From an uncultured Gemmatimonadales bacterium (GTDB taxonomy: Bacteria; Gemmatimonadota; Gemmatimonadetes; Gemmatimonadales; GWC2-71-9): DNA of 64,000 nt. The stretch's first letter is position 1; every line of letters starts with the position of its first letter. A program made the translations under genes and the position numbers. The notes beneath the pieces are model-generated. The model was given only the letters and a program-made list of their open reading frames with translations. It had not been told where the DNA came from and searched no databases. Where the stretch lies: positions 160,001-224,000 of the forward strand of contig CAWCFX010000001.1 in NCBI GenBank assembly GCA_963795085.1, in the 5' to 3' direction. Positions 27,401-36,730 of the stretch are shown here, one piece after another.

Positions 27401-30400
27401 GGATCTTCAACGCCGCGACCGATGATGTTGGGATTCTCGCGGACCGTCCCGATTCCCTCATCGTCGCGGTGGACGCGGTGGTTCGCAACGTGCCCCTGTG
27501 CAGCCGGAGTCTCAGCCAGACCGTCCAGGTCTTTCCCTGGGGCGACCTCAGCGCGCGCTGCACCAACGGCAACGGCGTGGTGGATACCGAAGACCTGAAT
27601 GCGGACCTGACCCTCAATGCCAAGGGCGCCGCCGAAAACACATTTCGATATGTGGTCTCGCTCGGTGACCAGAAATACTACGTGCGCGATGGCGTCCGAA
27701 GAATGGATCCGGTAACCGGGCTGGAGTCAGTCTGGCGCCTGTACCGGATCCCTCTTCGGGAGCCGGACGCGGTGATCGGGTCCCCCAACCTGCGGTTGAT
27801 CCAGCACTTCCGGATCACGGTCGCCGCGGAGAACGACAACGGCAACCCCGATATCGTGGCGCGGTTTGCCCTGGGACGAGTGAAGCTGATCGGATCCTCC
27901 TGGGTACGGCGGGCGGATCGTCCCATTCGGGGCTTGTCCGGCTCCCTGGCGGAGCCCCATGGGGCCATCATCAGCAGCGTCGTCTCCACGGTCAACTCCG
28001 AACTGGGCTATGTATCCCCGCCCGGCCTCGGTGACCTGGCTTCCCGGAAGGACGGGGGCCGGGACCTCCAGGGTCTGCAGATCAACGAAAAATCTCTCCG
28101 GATCCTCGGGCAGGACCTGCTCCAGGGAGAGCGGGCAGAGGCGTACTTCCGGTTTCCGTCGGGCCCCCAGAACCTGCTGAAATACAGTACCCTCCGGTTC
28201 TGGGCCCGGGGGCGGGGGCAGGGCTGGGAGGACGGCCAGCTGGAGGCATACCTGAAGCTGGGCTCCGACGACCGCAACTTCTACATGTACCGGACCTCCT
28301 CCCGGACCACCACCTGGGAACCGGAGATCACGGTGGATCTCGAAACCTGGCGGCGGCTGCGCGGCGAGATCCAGAGCCGCTACCTGCAGGGTCTTCCGCC
28401 GTCCGGGGCGGGGACCTGCGGCGGTGGAGACTCGACCGCATTCGTCGCCTGTGACGGCCCCTATTTTGTCCAGGTGGCTGATCCCGGGATCAATCCGCCC
28501 AACCTGGCCCGGGTCCAGGAGCTGGCCGCCGGCATTTACCGGGTGGAACAAACCACACCGATCGATACCTCCGAACTGTGGATTGACGATATCCGGCTGA
28601 CCGAGCCGGTGTCCCAGCTGGGCAGCGCCATGGCGATCACCTCCAGGCTCGCCGCGTCGGACGTGGCCGACTTCAGCCTGTCCTACGTCCGCCAGGACGG
28701 CTCATTCCAGCAGATCGGCAGCGATCCCACCTATCGCACGACCGGCGCCCTGCTGCTGGGGTCCGCACTGCGGATGGAACGATTTCTCCCCCGGAGCCTG
28801 GGGCTCAGTGTGCCGGTCACGGTGTCGTACGGGAAGAGTACCGTTAACCCGGACCTGCTCCAGAACAGCGATCTCCGCGCGGCGGACCTCGCAAATCTCC
28901 GGAAACCCGAAAGCTGGACGGCGACCTACAACGTGGCCGTCCAGCGCAGCCGCCGGGGGACCCACTGGCTGGTTCGGGGACTGGTCGACCCGGTGTCCTT
29001 GAGCGCCAACGTCGTGCAGGGCAAGGCGCAGTCCGAACTCTCGGAGACAAAAACTTTCGCGTCAAGCTACAACCTTAGCTACAGCCTGTTGCTGGGCCGG
29101 AAGGGTCCCCGCCTGAACCTCGGTGGTCTCGTCGCCCTGCTGCCCGGCTTTCTTCGCAACACCGAGTTCGGTGCCGGCCTGCGGCAGCCCCAGGTGAACC
29201 TGGTGCCCTCCAACCTGCGCTTCAGCAGCGGGCTCACCAAGAGCGAGAGCGATGTCCTGGCCTTTCCGGTGCAGGTCCGGCGTCCCCAGGATGCCGCGAT
29301 TCGACCGATCCAGAACTTGACTCACCTCTGGAGGAACAGCGCCAGCCTCAACTGGCAGCCCGTCGGCATGCTGCAGGTGGGGGGCGACCTCATCAGTACT
29401 CGCGACCTCCGGGAATACCCCGATTCCACCGCCCTGGGCAGGCTGGCCAGCCAGTCCCGGCGGTCTTTCGCCGGCATGGACGTCGGTGTGGAGCGTGACC
29501 GCCAGTTGAGCACAACTTTCACCCTGGCGCCCCGGGTCACGGCGTGGCTGCGGCCCCGGTTCAACACGGGGAGCTTCTTCGTCCTTTCCCGCACCCTGAC
29601 CAGCCGGCCCCCCGTCCGGGAGGATGGCGACTCGGGCGCGTTCATTCTGCCCCAGACCCTGAACAACAGCCGGAACCGGGAACTGACCGCTGTCGTCGAC
29701 ATCAGCCAGGGGCTTCGGGGAGTGTTCGGCGACAGCGCCGGGATCGCCGGCCTGGTGCGCCGGGTCCGCCCGCTGGAACTCTCCACCCGTCTCATTCGCA
29801 ACTCGACCTACGACCTCGCCTCGTTCGATCCGGGGCTCGGCTACATGCTCGCGCTGGGCGGCAGGGAGACGTTTCTTACCCAGGGCGGTGAATCCGCCCT
29901 CAGCCTCTCCGAAACCAGGGCCAATACCGTCGGGAGCGGGGCCGACCTGCCGTTTGGCATGTCCTTCAGCCTGAGCTACAGCCGGGTGACCACCAGCCGG
30001 CTGCAACTGGTCAGTGGCGACTACCTGACGACCGATTCACGACAGCGGGAATGGCCAGTTGGCTCGGTGCGCTTTACCAGGACCCTGGCTTCCGGTCCCG
30101 TCAGCCTGTTGACCGGATCGATCGGCTTTCGCCGCCGTGAAGGCAGCACCCTCCAGCCCGGCGCGGGCGGGAATGCCCGGACCGCGACCTTCTCAAAGTC
30201 GCTTACCCCGGAGATTCAACTGGGACTCAGAAACGGTATGGTCCTGCTGCTGGGCTACAATGCGAACAGCCAGCGGAACGAAACCAACGGCAATACCACC
30301 GAAACGAACCAGGATGACATTACGGGCACCTTTAGTTATGTCTTTCGCCTTCCCGGGAGCATCAGCCGCCTCCGGAAGCAGGTCAGCGCCTCGCTTTTTA

Positions 30401-30642
30401 CTATCTTTTCGACCGCGACAACCTGCCTGACCCGGGTCGAGATGGACAATTGCCAGGCCATCTCCGATACCCGAAGAACGGAGATCCGGGGAAGCCTGGA
30501 CACCGACCTGCTCAAGCTGATGCGGGGCGGGATCCAGTTCGGATATACCCTCAACGATGCGCGACACCTGAACCGCCGGATTTCACAGATCTACCTCGCG
30601 ATCACCGCGCAACTGTCCCTGTACGCCGGAGACTACCGTTAG
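24469..30642 (+). CDS. sprA: SprA/Sov-like T9SS outer-membrane translocon (cell surface protein SprA)
   Basis: LHVNVDYDSERDF..NIQVYYQGLEDEIVQRVEVG, GSERI..GQVLERGTDYSIDY, LDLGSVNED, DTEDLN, WRLYRIPL, ELWIDDIRL; about 2050 aa; true start may be somewhat downstream. Confidence 0.85.
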   Translation: MAAVHVLFLVLVRSRSGYISRIPLPQRPISSRLSLLLPALAVVLGLTLLPTTAKGQADSVIPGFQASFKIPGPALVSPIPLRLSTGRPGEVGVSGRWDASFAHSLDSSRAIRAMAYRLRSIYGEAGQRPPRTRVEPRDQGILSLPSQYADLTIDGTARVEIRTDRVKNERCTPAALLDPASGCRGGFSAPRIDNQFNVLAGGLIGRRLHVNVDYDSERDFGGNDNIQVYYQGLEDEIVQRVEVGTVTFRPPASRFITAAIPANNFGINATFEVGPFQIQAIAAQQKGSSVAERTFTVGERITQPQDRQVRDLDFEAGRFLWVIDPAILPGYPAIDILNVNSAAAAADQRPQSELRIYRYRPVQSQGGANANVGGINAVAISADGVQRQTARWELLIQNQDYYLDASGLWFTLASKLDQKDYLAVSYLTAAGTRVGTGPVTDTPVVPGTAPRDTLRLIVEPLVSSDRTTFRHEMRQVYRVAGADLDLNSLRVDLSVNQTERPLSGTASTYLALLGLSLPTDESIFDAYSRLFPRLQDTQAGQTIRESYIVFPHLRPFADATRLQPAERSDSLYTTPLYLVLSQGPPAKFLFRLRYSASGNEDRSTLDLNALQIREGSERISANGQVLERGTDYSIDYNTGRVTFLTPDLLFGNTPAQVSARFEERGFFAIAPTTIFGGSAQYRMGDRGNINLIGIYQYEQTAFNRPPLGFEPEATLVAGINTDLHFRPNVLTRVLDGLTSGGATAPSRLDVTAEFAVTRPDPNRAGAAFLEEFESDAGIDISLRENLWGLASRPQSADGLVAEIPDFAAGFDSTWASQLTWQNLVPACRVVSECGPIQLRAEDIDPNVTIVGTGSQRETIMFMTLHADTAGGIVNNRNESAWTLPRTDFQPRWRSIVTSLSTTGTDLSRSEYMEFWVFQDGRRSADSAGVRLVLDLGSVNEDALAIVPESLSVNGSDSTFSGRAYTGVNRLDSERDPTGIFNAATDDVGILADRPDSLIVAVDAVVRNVPLCSRSLSQTVQVFPWGDLSARCTNGNGVVDTEDLNADLTLNAKGAAENTFRYVVSLGDQKYYVRDGVRRMDPVTGLESVWRLYRIPLREPDAVIGSPNLRLIQHFRITVAAENDNGNPDIVARFALGRVKLIGSSWVRRADRPIRGLSGSLAEPHGAIISSVVSTVNSELGYVSPPGLGDLASRKDGGRDLQGLQINEKSLRILGQDLLQGERAEAYFRFPSGPQNLLKYSTLRFWARGRGQGWEDGQLEAYLKLGSDDRNFYMYRTSSRTTTWEPEITVDLETWRRLRGEIQSRYLQGLPPSGAGTCGGGDSTAFVACDGPYFVQVADPGINPPNLARVQELAAGIYRVEQTTPIDTSELWIDDIRLTEPVSQLGSAMAITSRLAASDVADFSLSYVRQDGSFQQIGSDPTYRTTGALLLGSALRMERFLPRSLGLSVPVTVSYGKSTVNPDLLQNSDLRAADLANLRKPESWTATYNVAVQRSRRGTHWLVRGLVDPVSLSANVVQGKAQSELSETKTFASSYNLSYSLLLGRKGPRLNLGGLVALLPGFLRNTEFGAGLRQPQVNLVPSNLRFSSGLTKSESDVLAFPVQVRRPQDAAIRPIQNLTHLWRNSASLNWQPVGMLQVGGDLISTRDLREYPDSTALGRLASQSRRSFAGMDVGVERDRQLSTTFTLAPRVTAWLRPRFNTGSFFVLSRTLTSRPPVREDGDSGAFILPQTLNNSRNRELTAVVDISQGLRGVFGDSAGIAGLVRRVRPLELSTRLIRNSTYDLASFDPGLGYMLALGGRETFLTQGGESALSLSETRANTVGSGADLPFGMSFSLSYSRVTTSRLQLVSGDYLTTDSRQREWPVGSVRFTRTLASGPVSLLTGSIGFRRREGSTLQPGAGGNARTATFSKSLTPEIQLGLRNGMVLLLGYNANSQRNETNGNTTETNQDDITGTFSYVFRLPGSISRLRKQVSASLFTIFSTATTCLTRVEMDNCQAISDTRRTEIRGSLDTDLLKLMRGGIQFGYTLNDARHLNRRISQIYLAITAQLSLYAGDYR

Positions 30643-30680
30643 TACAGGCGCCGGGCGACGACGAGCCAGGGGTGAAAAAA

Positions 30681-30703
30681 GTGGGAGGTGAGAGGTGAGA
30701 AGT
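30681..30703. repeat. Short heptamer array (GTGAGAG-like)
   Basis: GTGGGAG GTGAGAG GTGAGAA GT in the sprA-M28 intergenic region. Confidence 0.5.
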
Positions 30704-30741
30704 AATCCTGATTGGTGTCTGTTGGTTTTGGAGGCCCTCAT

Positions 30742-31671
30742 ATGCGATTCCTGATCGGTGCCATGCGTCTGTCCTGGCTCCTGCTTCCCAGTGCAATCCT
30801 CACGTTCAGTTGCGCCGGCGATAGGCCGGCGGTGAGCGAGTTCGACGGTCCGGCGGCGTTTCGCTACATCGAGCAGCAGGTGGCGTTTGGACCGCGGATC
30901 CCGGGCACCGAGGGCCACGAGCGGATGGGGAACTGGCTGGATTCCACGCTGCGGGCCAGGGCTGACACGGTCGTGGTTCAGGAATGGACCCACGTTTCGC
31001 TCCAGGGGGACAGCCTCCGGATGCGCAATTTCATCGCCCGCTGGAAACCGGCCGTGGCGAAGCGGGTGCTCTACCTGGCTCACTGGGACACCCGTCCCGC
31101 CTCGGGTCCCGATTCCGCCCTGGACTACACCCGGCCCGTCCCCGGCGCCAACGATGGCGGATCCGGAGTCGCCGTGCTGCTCGGCGTGGCCGACCGGCTC
31201 AAAGCTCAGCCGCCGGGGGTCGGGGTGGACCTCCTCTTCGTGGACGGCGAAGACTACGGAATCTTCAACGACAGCGTGGATGTGCTCATCGGATCCACCT
31301 ACTACGCCAGGAACCTGGCCGACAGCGAGCGGCCGCTCTTCGCCGTGCTGTTCGACATGGTCGCGGACAAGGACCTCCGGATTTTCGTGGAAGGAAACTC
31401 CAGCGTCGCGGCGCCCCAGGTGGTGGACCGGGTGTGGACGGCCGCCGAGGCGCTGGGGTACACGTCCTGGTTCGACCGGCGGGCCAGGCACACCCTGATG
31501 GATGACCACATTCCACTGCAGCGTGCCGGCATCAGCGCCATCGACGTCGTGGATTTCGACTACCCGCACTGGCACACGCCGGGGGATACCATCGACAAGG
31601 TGAGCGCGGAGAGCCTCAAGATCGTGGGCGATGTCGCGGTGGCGGTCATCAGGGGAGTAAGAGGGGAATGA
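30742..31671 (+). CDS. M28 family zinc peptidase / glutaminyl-cyclase-like, probable lipoprotein
   Basis: FGPRIPGT, LAHWDTRP, PGANDGGSGV, FVDGEDYG, LFDMV, DDHIPL, WHTPGD. Confidence 0.88.
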   Translation: MRFLIGAMRLSWLLLPSAILTFSCAGDRPAVSEFDGPAAFRYIEQQVAFGPRIPGTEGHERMGNWLDSTLRARADTVVVQEWTHVSLQGDSLRMRNFIARWKPAVAKRVLYLAHWDTRPASGPDSALDYTRPVPGANDGGSGVAVLLGVADRLKAQPPGVGVDLLFVDGEDYGIFNDSVDVLIGSTYYARNLADSERPLFAVLFDMVADKDLRIFVEGNSSVAAPQVVDRVWTAAEALGYTSWFDRRARHTLMDDHIPLQRAGISAIDVVDFDYPHWHTPGDTIDKVSAESLKIVGDVAVAVIRGVRGE

Positions 31672-31764
31672 AAGGTGAGAAGCTAGAGGGCTCTCGCGGT
31701 TTTTTGCGTGCGGCTGCGGGTTTGCGATGACGCCGGCTTGACGGTCTAACCCTATACTCCCGCC

Positions 31765-32370
31765 ATGTCGGCCGAGCGGCGGGCCATCCTCCTTCTGCTT
31801 GCCCTGGCGGTCGCGGGGCAGGGCATCCGATACCTGGTGACCCGGCCCGGTGCGGCTCCGGGCGACGTCACCATCCTTGGCACAACCACGGATCGCTCGC
31901 CGTCGCGCCAGGCCCGGGTCGCGGAGGCGGCGCACCGGCCGCTGGCGCCGGGAGAGAAGATCGACGCCGACCGGGCTTCCCCGCCGGAGTTGGCCCGGTT
32001 GCCCCGGGTCGGGCTTTCGCTGGCCCGCCGGATCGTGGCCGACCGGGACAGCAATGGCCCCTTTGGCTCGATCGAGGGGCTGGACCGGGTGCCCGGGGTG
32101 GGGCCTGGCCTGCTTCGGGAGATCGGTCCCCGGGTGTCATTCTCCGGTTCACCGGCCCGCCCCGCCCCTTCGGCAGGCAGCCTCGTGAATCTCAATTCGG
32201 CGCCCGCCACCGAATTGGAACGCCTCCCCCTGATCGGGCCCTCGAAAGCCCTGGCCATCGTGACCTGGCGTGAGCGGCACGGTTCTTTCAAGTCCCTCGA
32301 CGATCTTGTTCTGGTTCCGGGAGTTAGCCGCCGGATGGCCGAGGCAATCCGCGACCGGGTGGCGTTTTGA
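31765..32370 (+). CDS. comEA: ComEA-like DNA-binding protein with two helix-hairpin-helix domains
   Basis: N-terminal TM; ELARLPRVGLSLARRIV..GPF; VNLNSA..LERLPLIGPSKALAIV..HGSFKSLDDL. Confidence 0.75.
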   Translation: MSAERRAILLLLALAVAGQGIRYLVTRPGAAPGDVTILGTTTDRSPSRQARVAEAAHRPLAPGEKIDADRASPPELARLPRVGLSLARRIVADRDSNGPFGSIEGLDRVPGVGPGLLREIGPRVSFSGSPARPAPSAGSLVNLNSAPATELERLPLIGPSKALAIVTWRERHGSFKSLDDLVLVPGVSRRMAEAIRDRVAF

Positions 32371-32527
32371 GGGGGAGGGCCGGATTGGGGGCCAGTCAGG
32401 GACCCACTGACCCGCCGGCCCATCCCAATCGCCGGCCCTCGGCCACTATTGCCGCCATCTCCCCTGACCCCTACTATTGTGTGGTGTAAACCCTTGTCAT
32501 TCTTCATTCTCCGGACAATTCGCGACC

Positions 32528-34234
32528 ATGGCAACCGCAGCAGCCGGCACTGATCGGCTCGGCGATATCCTTATCCGTGAGAACCTGATTACGCGGGAAC
32601 AACTCGCGCAGGCGCTGACGGAGCAGAAGGCCACGGGCTTCCGGCTGGGATACGTCCTCGTGAAGCTGGGACTGGTGCAGGAGATCGAAGTTACCAAGGT
32701 GCTGGCCCGCCAGTACCGGATGCCGGCGGTGGACCTGTCCCGCTTCGAGGTGGATCCCAAGATCGTCAAGCTGATCCCCGGCGACTTTGCCTCCAAGCAC
32801 GTGGTGCTGCCCCTCAAGCGGGAGGGCCGGACCCTGACCGTCGCGATGGCGGAGCCCACCAACTCCGGCCTGATCGAAGACCTGAAGTTCATCACCCGCT
32901 ACGACCTGTTCCCCGTCATCGCCGGCGAATACACCCTCCGCGCGCTGATCGAGAAACACTACGAGTCGGGAGACCAGCAGCTGCAGACGCTGCTCAAGGA
33001 CATGGAGGGCCTCGAAGACGTCGAGGTGGTCGAGGAGCAGGAGGACGAAGCGGTCACCCAGGCGCAGATCGACGATGCGCCGGTGGTCAAGCTGATCAAC
33101 GGGCTGCTGACCGACGCGGTGAAGCGGGGGGCCAGCGACATCCACATCGAGCCGTTCGAGCACGAGATCCGGGTCCGCTACCGGATCGACGGGGCGCTGC
33201 TCGAAGTGATGAAGCCGCCGGTCAAGATGAAGGCCGCGCTGACGTCGCGGGTCAAGATCCTTTCCCAGCTGAACATCGCCGAGCGGCGGGTGCCCCAGGA
33301 CGGCCGGCTCAAGCTCAAGATGGGCGCCCGGGTGATCGACTTCCGGGTTTCCACCCTGCCGGTGCTCTTCGGCGAGAAGATCGTCATGCGCATCCTCGAC
33401 AAGGGGAACTTGACGCTCGATCTCACCAAGTTCGGCTTTGAAGCCAAGGCCGAGGCCGATCTCATGCGGGCGATCCTGAACCCGTACGGCATGGTCCTGG
33501 TCACCGGTCCTACCGGCTCCGGCAAGACCACCACGCTGTACTCGGCGCTGTCCCGGATCAACACCATCGAGACCAATATCATGACCGCGGAGGACCCCGT
33601 CGAGTACAACCTGATGGGGATCAACCAGGTCCTGGTGCGCAACGAGATCGGGCTCACCTTCGCGGCCGCCCTCAAGGCGTTCCTGCGGCAGGACCCCAAC
33701 ATCATCATGATCGGCGAGATCCGGGACCTGGAGACGGGCGGCATCGCGATCAAGGCCGCGCTCACCGGCCACCTGGTCCTGTCCACGCTGCACACCAACG
33801 ACGCGCCCAGCACGATCACCCGTATGATCGACATGGGCATCGAGGCGTTCAACGTGGCCAGCGCGGTGAACCTGGTCGTCGCCCAGCGCCTGGTCCGCCG
33901 GATCTGCAAGGACTGCAAGGCGCCCCACACGTACACCGACGTCGAGCTCAAGGCTTTGAGCGACAAGGTCGATGAACTGAAGAAGCTGACCTTCATGAAG
34001 GGCACCGGCTGCGAGACCTGTAGCGGGACCGGGTACAAGGGCCGGGCCGGCCTGTACGAGGTCATGGCGCTGACTCCCGAACTCCGCCGCCTGATCCTCC
34101 GGGGCGCCTCGGTCGCCGAAATGCAGGAACAGGCGGTGGCGGACGGCATGCTGACGCTCCGGATGGACGGCATGGTGAAAGTCGCCAAGGGCGTAACCAC
34201 CCTCGAAGAAGTCATCAAGGAGACGGCCGGATGA
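32528..34234 (+). CDS. pilB: Type IV pilus assembly ATPase
   Basis: ASDIHIEP, AERRVPQDG, GPTGSGKTT, EDPVEY, RQDPNIIMIGEIRD, CKDC/CETC zinc motif. Confidence 0.95.
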   Translation: MATAAAGTDRLGDILIRENLITREQLAQALTEQKATGFRLGYVLVKLGLVQEIEVTKVLARQYRMPAVDLSRFEVDPKIVKLIPGDFASKHVVLPLKREGRTLTVAMAEPTNSGLIEDLKFITRYDLFPVIAGEYTLRALIEKHYESGDQQLQTLLKDMEGLEDVEVVEEQEDEAVTQAQIDDAPVVKLINGLLTDAVKRGASDIHIEPFEHEIRVRYRIDGALLEVMKPPVKMKAALTSRVKILSQLNIAERRVPQDGRLKLKMGARVIDFRVSTLPVLFGEKIVMRILDKGNLTLDLTKFGFEAKAEADLMRAILNPYGMVLVTGPTGSGKTTTLYSALSRINTIETNIMTAEDPVEYNLMGINQVLVRNEIGLTFAAALKAFLRQDPNIIMIGEIRDLETGGIAIKAALTGHLVLSTLHTNDAPSTITRMIDMGIEAFNVASAVNLVVAQRLVRRICKDCKAPHTYTDVELKALSDKVDELKKLTFMKGTGCETCSGTGYKGRAGLYEVMALTPELRRLILRGASVAEMQEQAVADGMLTLRMDGMVKVAKGVTTLEEVIKETAG

Positions 34235-35355
34235 TCAACCTGCGCGCCCTGCTCGAGGAAATGATCGAAAAAGAGGCATCTGACCTCCACATCACCGCCG
34301 GCGAACGACCCAAGATCCGGATCGACGGCGACATCACCAGCGCGTCCGCGGAAGAGGTGCTCACCCCGAAGGACACTCTGTCGCTGGCCTATTCGGTGCT
34401 CACCGAGAACCAGAAGAAGCGGTTCGAGCTGGAAGACGAACTGGACTTTTCCTTCGGCATCCAGAACCTGGCCCGCTTCCGCGGCAACGTGTTCAAGCAG
34501 CGGGGCTGCGTGGCCATGGTGATCCGGATGATCCCGTTCAGCGTCAAGACCTTCCAGGACCTCGGGCTCCCCGCGGTGGTCGCCAAGATGGCCGAGAAGC
34601 CGCGGGGTCTCATGCTGGTGACCGGGCCGACCGGGTCCGGCAAGTCCACCACCCTGGCCGCGATCATCGACAAGATCAACAAGGAGCGGAAGGGCCACAT
34701 CATCACGGTGGAAGACCCCATCGAGTTCATCCACCGCCACCACCAGTGCATCATCAACCAGCGCGAGGTGGGAACCGATACCAAGAGCTTCGGCAACGCG
34801 CTCAAGTACGCGCTCCGGGAAGACCCCGACGTCATCCTGGTCGGCGAAATGCGGGACCTGGAAACCATCCAGGCCACCATAACCATCGCGGAGACCGGCC
34901 ACCTGGCGCTGGCGACGCTGCACACCAATTCGGCGGCCGAGTCCATCAACCGGATCATTGACGTCTTCCCGTCCAACCAGCAGTCCCAGGTGCGGGCCCA
35001 GCTGGCCTTCGTCCTGGAGGGCGTGATTACCCAGACCCTGCTGCAGAAGGCCAAGGGCCGGGGCCGGGCCATGGCGGCCGAGATCATGGTGGCCACCCCG
35101 GCCATCCGGGCGCTCATCCGCGACGACAAGGTGCACCAGATCTACTCGCTGATGCAGTCCGGCAAGAAGCACGGCATGCAGACCATGAACGACGCGCTCT
35201 ACCAGCTGTATGTCAGCCGCGAGGTGACCCAGGAAGAGTGCCTCCGCGCCACCGGCGACCCCAATGAGTTCATGCGGATGATCGGGCAGGTGCCCATGGA
35301 AGAGCAGGACATCGGCGAGATCGACGCCAAGAAAAAGACCGCGATGCGGCGTTAG
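34231..35355 (+). CDS. pilT: Type IV pilus retraction ATPase
   Basis: ASDLH, RFRGNVF, GPTGSGKST, LREDPDVILVGEMRD, AIRALIRDDK (AIRNLIRE-like), GMQTM. Confidence 0.95.
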   Translation: MINLRALLEEMIEKEASDLHITAGERPKIRIDGDITSASAEEVLTPKDTLSLAYSVLTENQKKRFELEDELDFSFGIQNLARFRGNVFKQRGCVAMVIRMIPFSVKTFQDLGLPAVVAKMAEKPRGLMLVTGPTGSGKSTTLAAIIDKINKERKGHIITVEDPIEFIHRHHQCIINQREVGTDTKSFGNALKYALREDPDVILVGEMRDLETIQATITIAETGHLALATLHTNSAAESINRIIDVFPSNQQSQVRAQLAFVLEGVITQTLLQKAKGRGRAMAAEIMVATPAIRALIRDDKVHQIYSLMQSGKKHGMQTMNDALYQLYVSREVTQEECLRATGDPNEFMRMIGQVPMEEQDIGEIDAKKKTAMRR

Positions 35356-35360
35356 AAACG

Positions 35361-35474
35361 GAGTACAGAGTACAGAGTACAGAGTGCAGAGTGCAGAGCG
35401 CAGAGTAACTCGGCTGCACTCTGACCCTCCACTCTGAACCCTGCACTCTGCACTCTGCACTCTGCACTCTGCCC
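35361..35474. repeat. Inverted heptamer arrays (GAGTRCA)n / (TGCACTC)n forming a long hairpin
   Basis: GAGTACA x3, GAGTGCA x2, GAGCGCA; then degenerate units and TGCACTC x4. Confidence 0.92.
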
Positions 35475-35493
35475 TTAGAGGGAGCCAGACACC

Positions 35494-36696
35494 ATGCCCA
35501 TGTACGAGTACACCGCCCGGAACCAGACGACCGGGCAGATCATGAAAGGCACCCAGGAGGCCCCCAGCAAGGAGGAAGTGGTCAAGTTCCTCCGCAAGAA
35601 CAAGCTGGCGGTGGTGACCATCCGGGAGCCCCCCAAGGAGATCAAGCTCAAGTTCGGGGGCGGGATCAAGACCCGGGATATCGTCATCTTCACCCGGCAG
35701 TTCGCCACCATGATCAATGCCGGCCTCCCGCTGGTGCAGTCCCTGGACATCCTGGCCCAGCAGACCGAGAACAAGAAGCTGGCCGATGTCGTCCGCCAGG
35801 TGGTCTATGACGTGGAGAGCGGCAATACCCTGGCCGACGCGTTCCGGAAGCACCCCAAGGCCTACACCGACCTCTACGTCAACATGGTGGCGGCGGGCGA
35901 GGCCGGCGGCATCCTGGACACCATCCTGCTCCGGCTGGCGACCTTCCTGGAAAAGAACGACGCCCTGGTCCGCAAGGTGAAGAGCGCCATGATTTACCCG
36001 GGCGTCATTTTCTCGGTGGCGGCCATCGCGGTGGCGGTGCTGCTGATCTTCGTGATCCCGACCTTCCAGAACATGTTCGCGTCGGTCAACCTGGAGCTGC
36101 CCCTGCCGACCCGGTTCGTGATCGGCGCGTCCCAGTTCCTGATCAACTTCTGGTGGGCGATCATCGCGGTCATCGGCGTCAGTATCTTCGCGCTCACCCG
36201 GTACTACCAGACCGGCCAGGGCAAGAAAAAAATCGACCAGATGATGCTCAATGCCCCGGTCCTGGGCGACCTGCTCCGGAAGTCCGCCGTGTCGCGGTTC
36301 ACCCGGACCCTGGGCACCCTGATCTCCTCCGGCGTGTCGATCCTGGACGGTTTGGAGATTACCGCCAAGACCGCGGGCAACCGGGTCATTCACGACGCGG
36401 TGATGGACTCCCGCCAGTCCATCGCCGGCGGCGAAACCATCGCCGCCCCGCTGGAGCGCTCCAAGGTCTTTCCCCCGATGGTGATCTCCATGATTGCCGT
36501 CGGCGAGCAGACCGGCGGTCTCGACGAGATGCTCACCAAGATCGCCGACTTTTACGACGACGAGGTGGACGTGGCGGTGGGCGCGCTGCTTTCCCTCATG
36601 GAGCCGATCATGATCGTAGTGCTCGGCGTGATTGTCGGCGGCATGGTGGTGGCGATGTACCTGCCGATCTTTGACATGGTCAACGCGGTGCAGTAA
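35494..36696 (+). CDS. pilC: Type IV pilus platform protein (GspF family)
   Basis: FTRQFATMINAGLPL, GEAGGILD, VKSAMIYP, GEQTGGLDEML, MYLPIF. Confidence 0.95.
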   Translation: MPMYEYTARNQTTGQIMKGTQEAPSKEEVVKFLRKNKLAVVTIREPPKEIKLKFGGGIKTRDIVIFTRQFATMINAGLPLVQSLDILAQQTENKKLADVVRQVVYDVESGNTLADAFRKHPKAYTDLYVNMVAAGEAGGILDTILLRLATFLEKNDALVRKVKSAMIYPGVIFSVAAIAVAVLLIFVIPTFQNMFASVNLELPLPTRFVIGASQFLINFWWAIIAVIGVSIFALTRYYQTGQGKKKIDQMMLNAPVLGDLLRKSAVSRFTRTLGTLISSGVSILDGLEITAKTAGNRVIHDAVMDSRQSIAGGETIAAPLERSKVFPPMVISMIAVGEQTGGLDEMLTKIADFYDDEVDVAVGALLSLMEPIMIVVLGVIVGGMVVAMYLPIFDMVNAVQ

Positions 36697-36730
36697 GGGC
36701 TGGCGCAGAAGGCCGCCCCGGACTGGTCAA

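Noticed and set aside
35361..35474. Possible CRISPR array
   Set aside because: 7-nt tandem units without unique spacers; no cas genes in the window.
33178..36393. 1071-aa minus-strand ORF spanning pilB/pilT/pilC
   Set aside because: Antisense shadow of strongly codon-biased high-GC genes; no motifs, and it reads through the heptamer repeat (AECRVQS).
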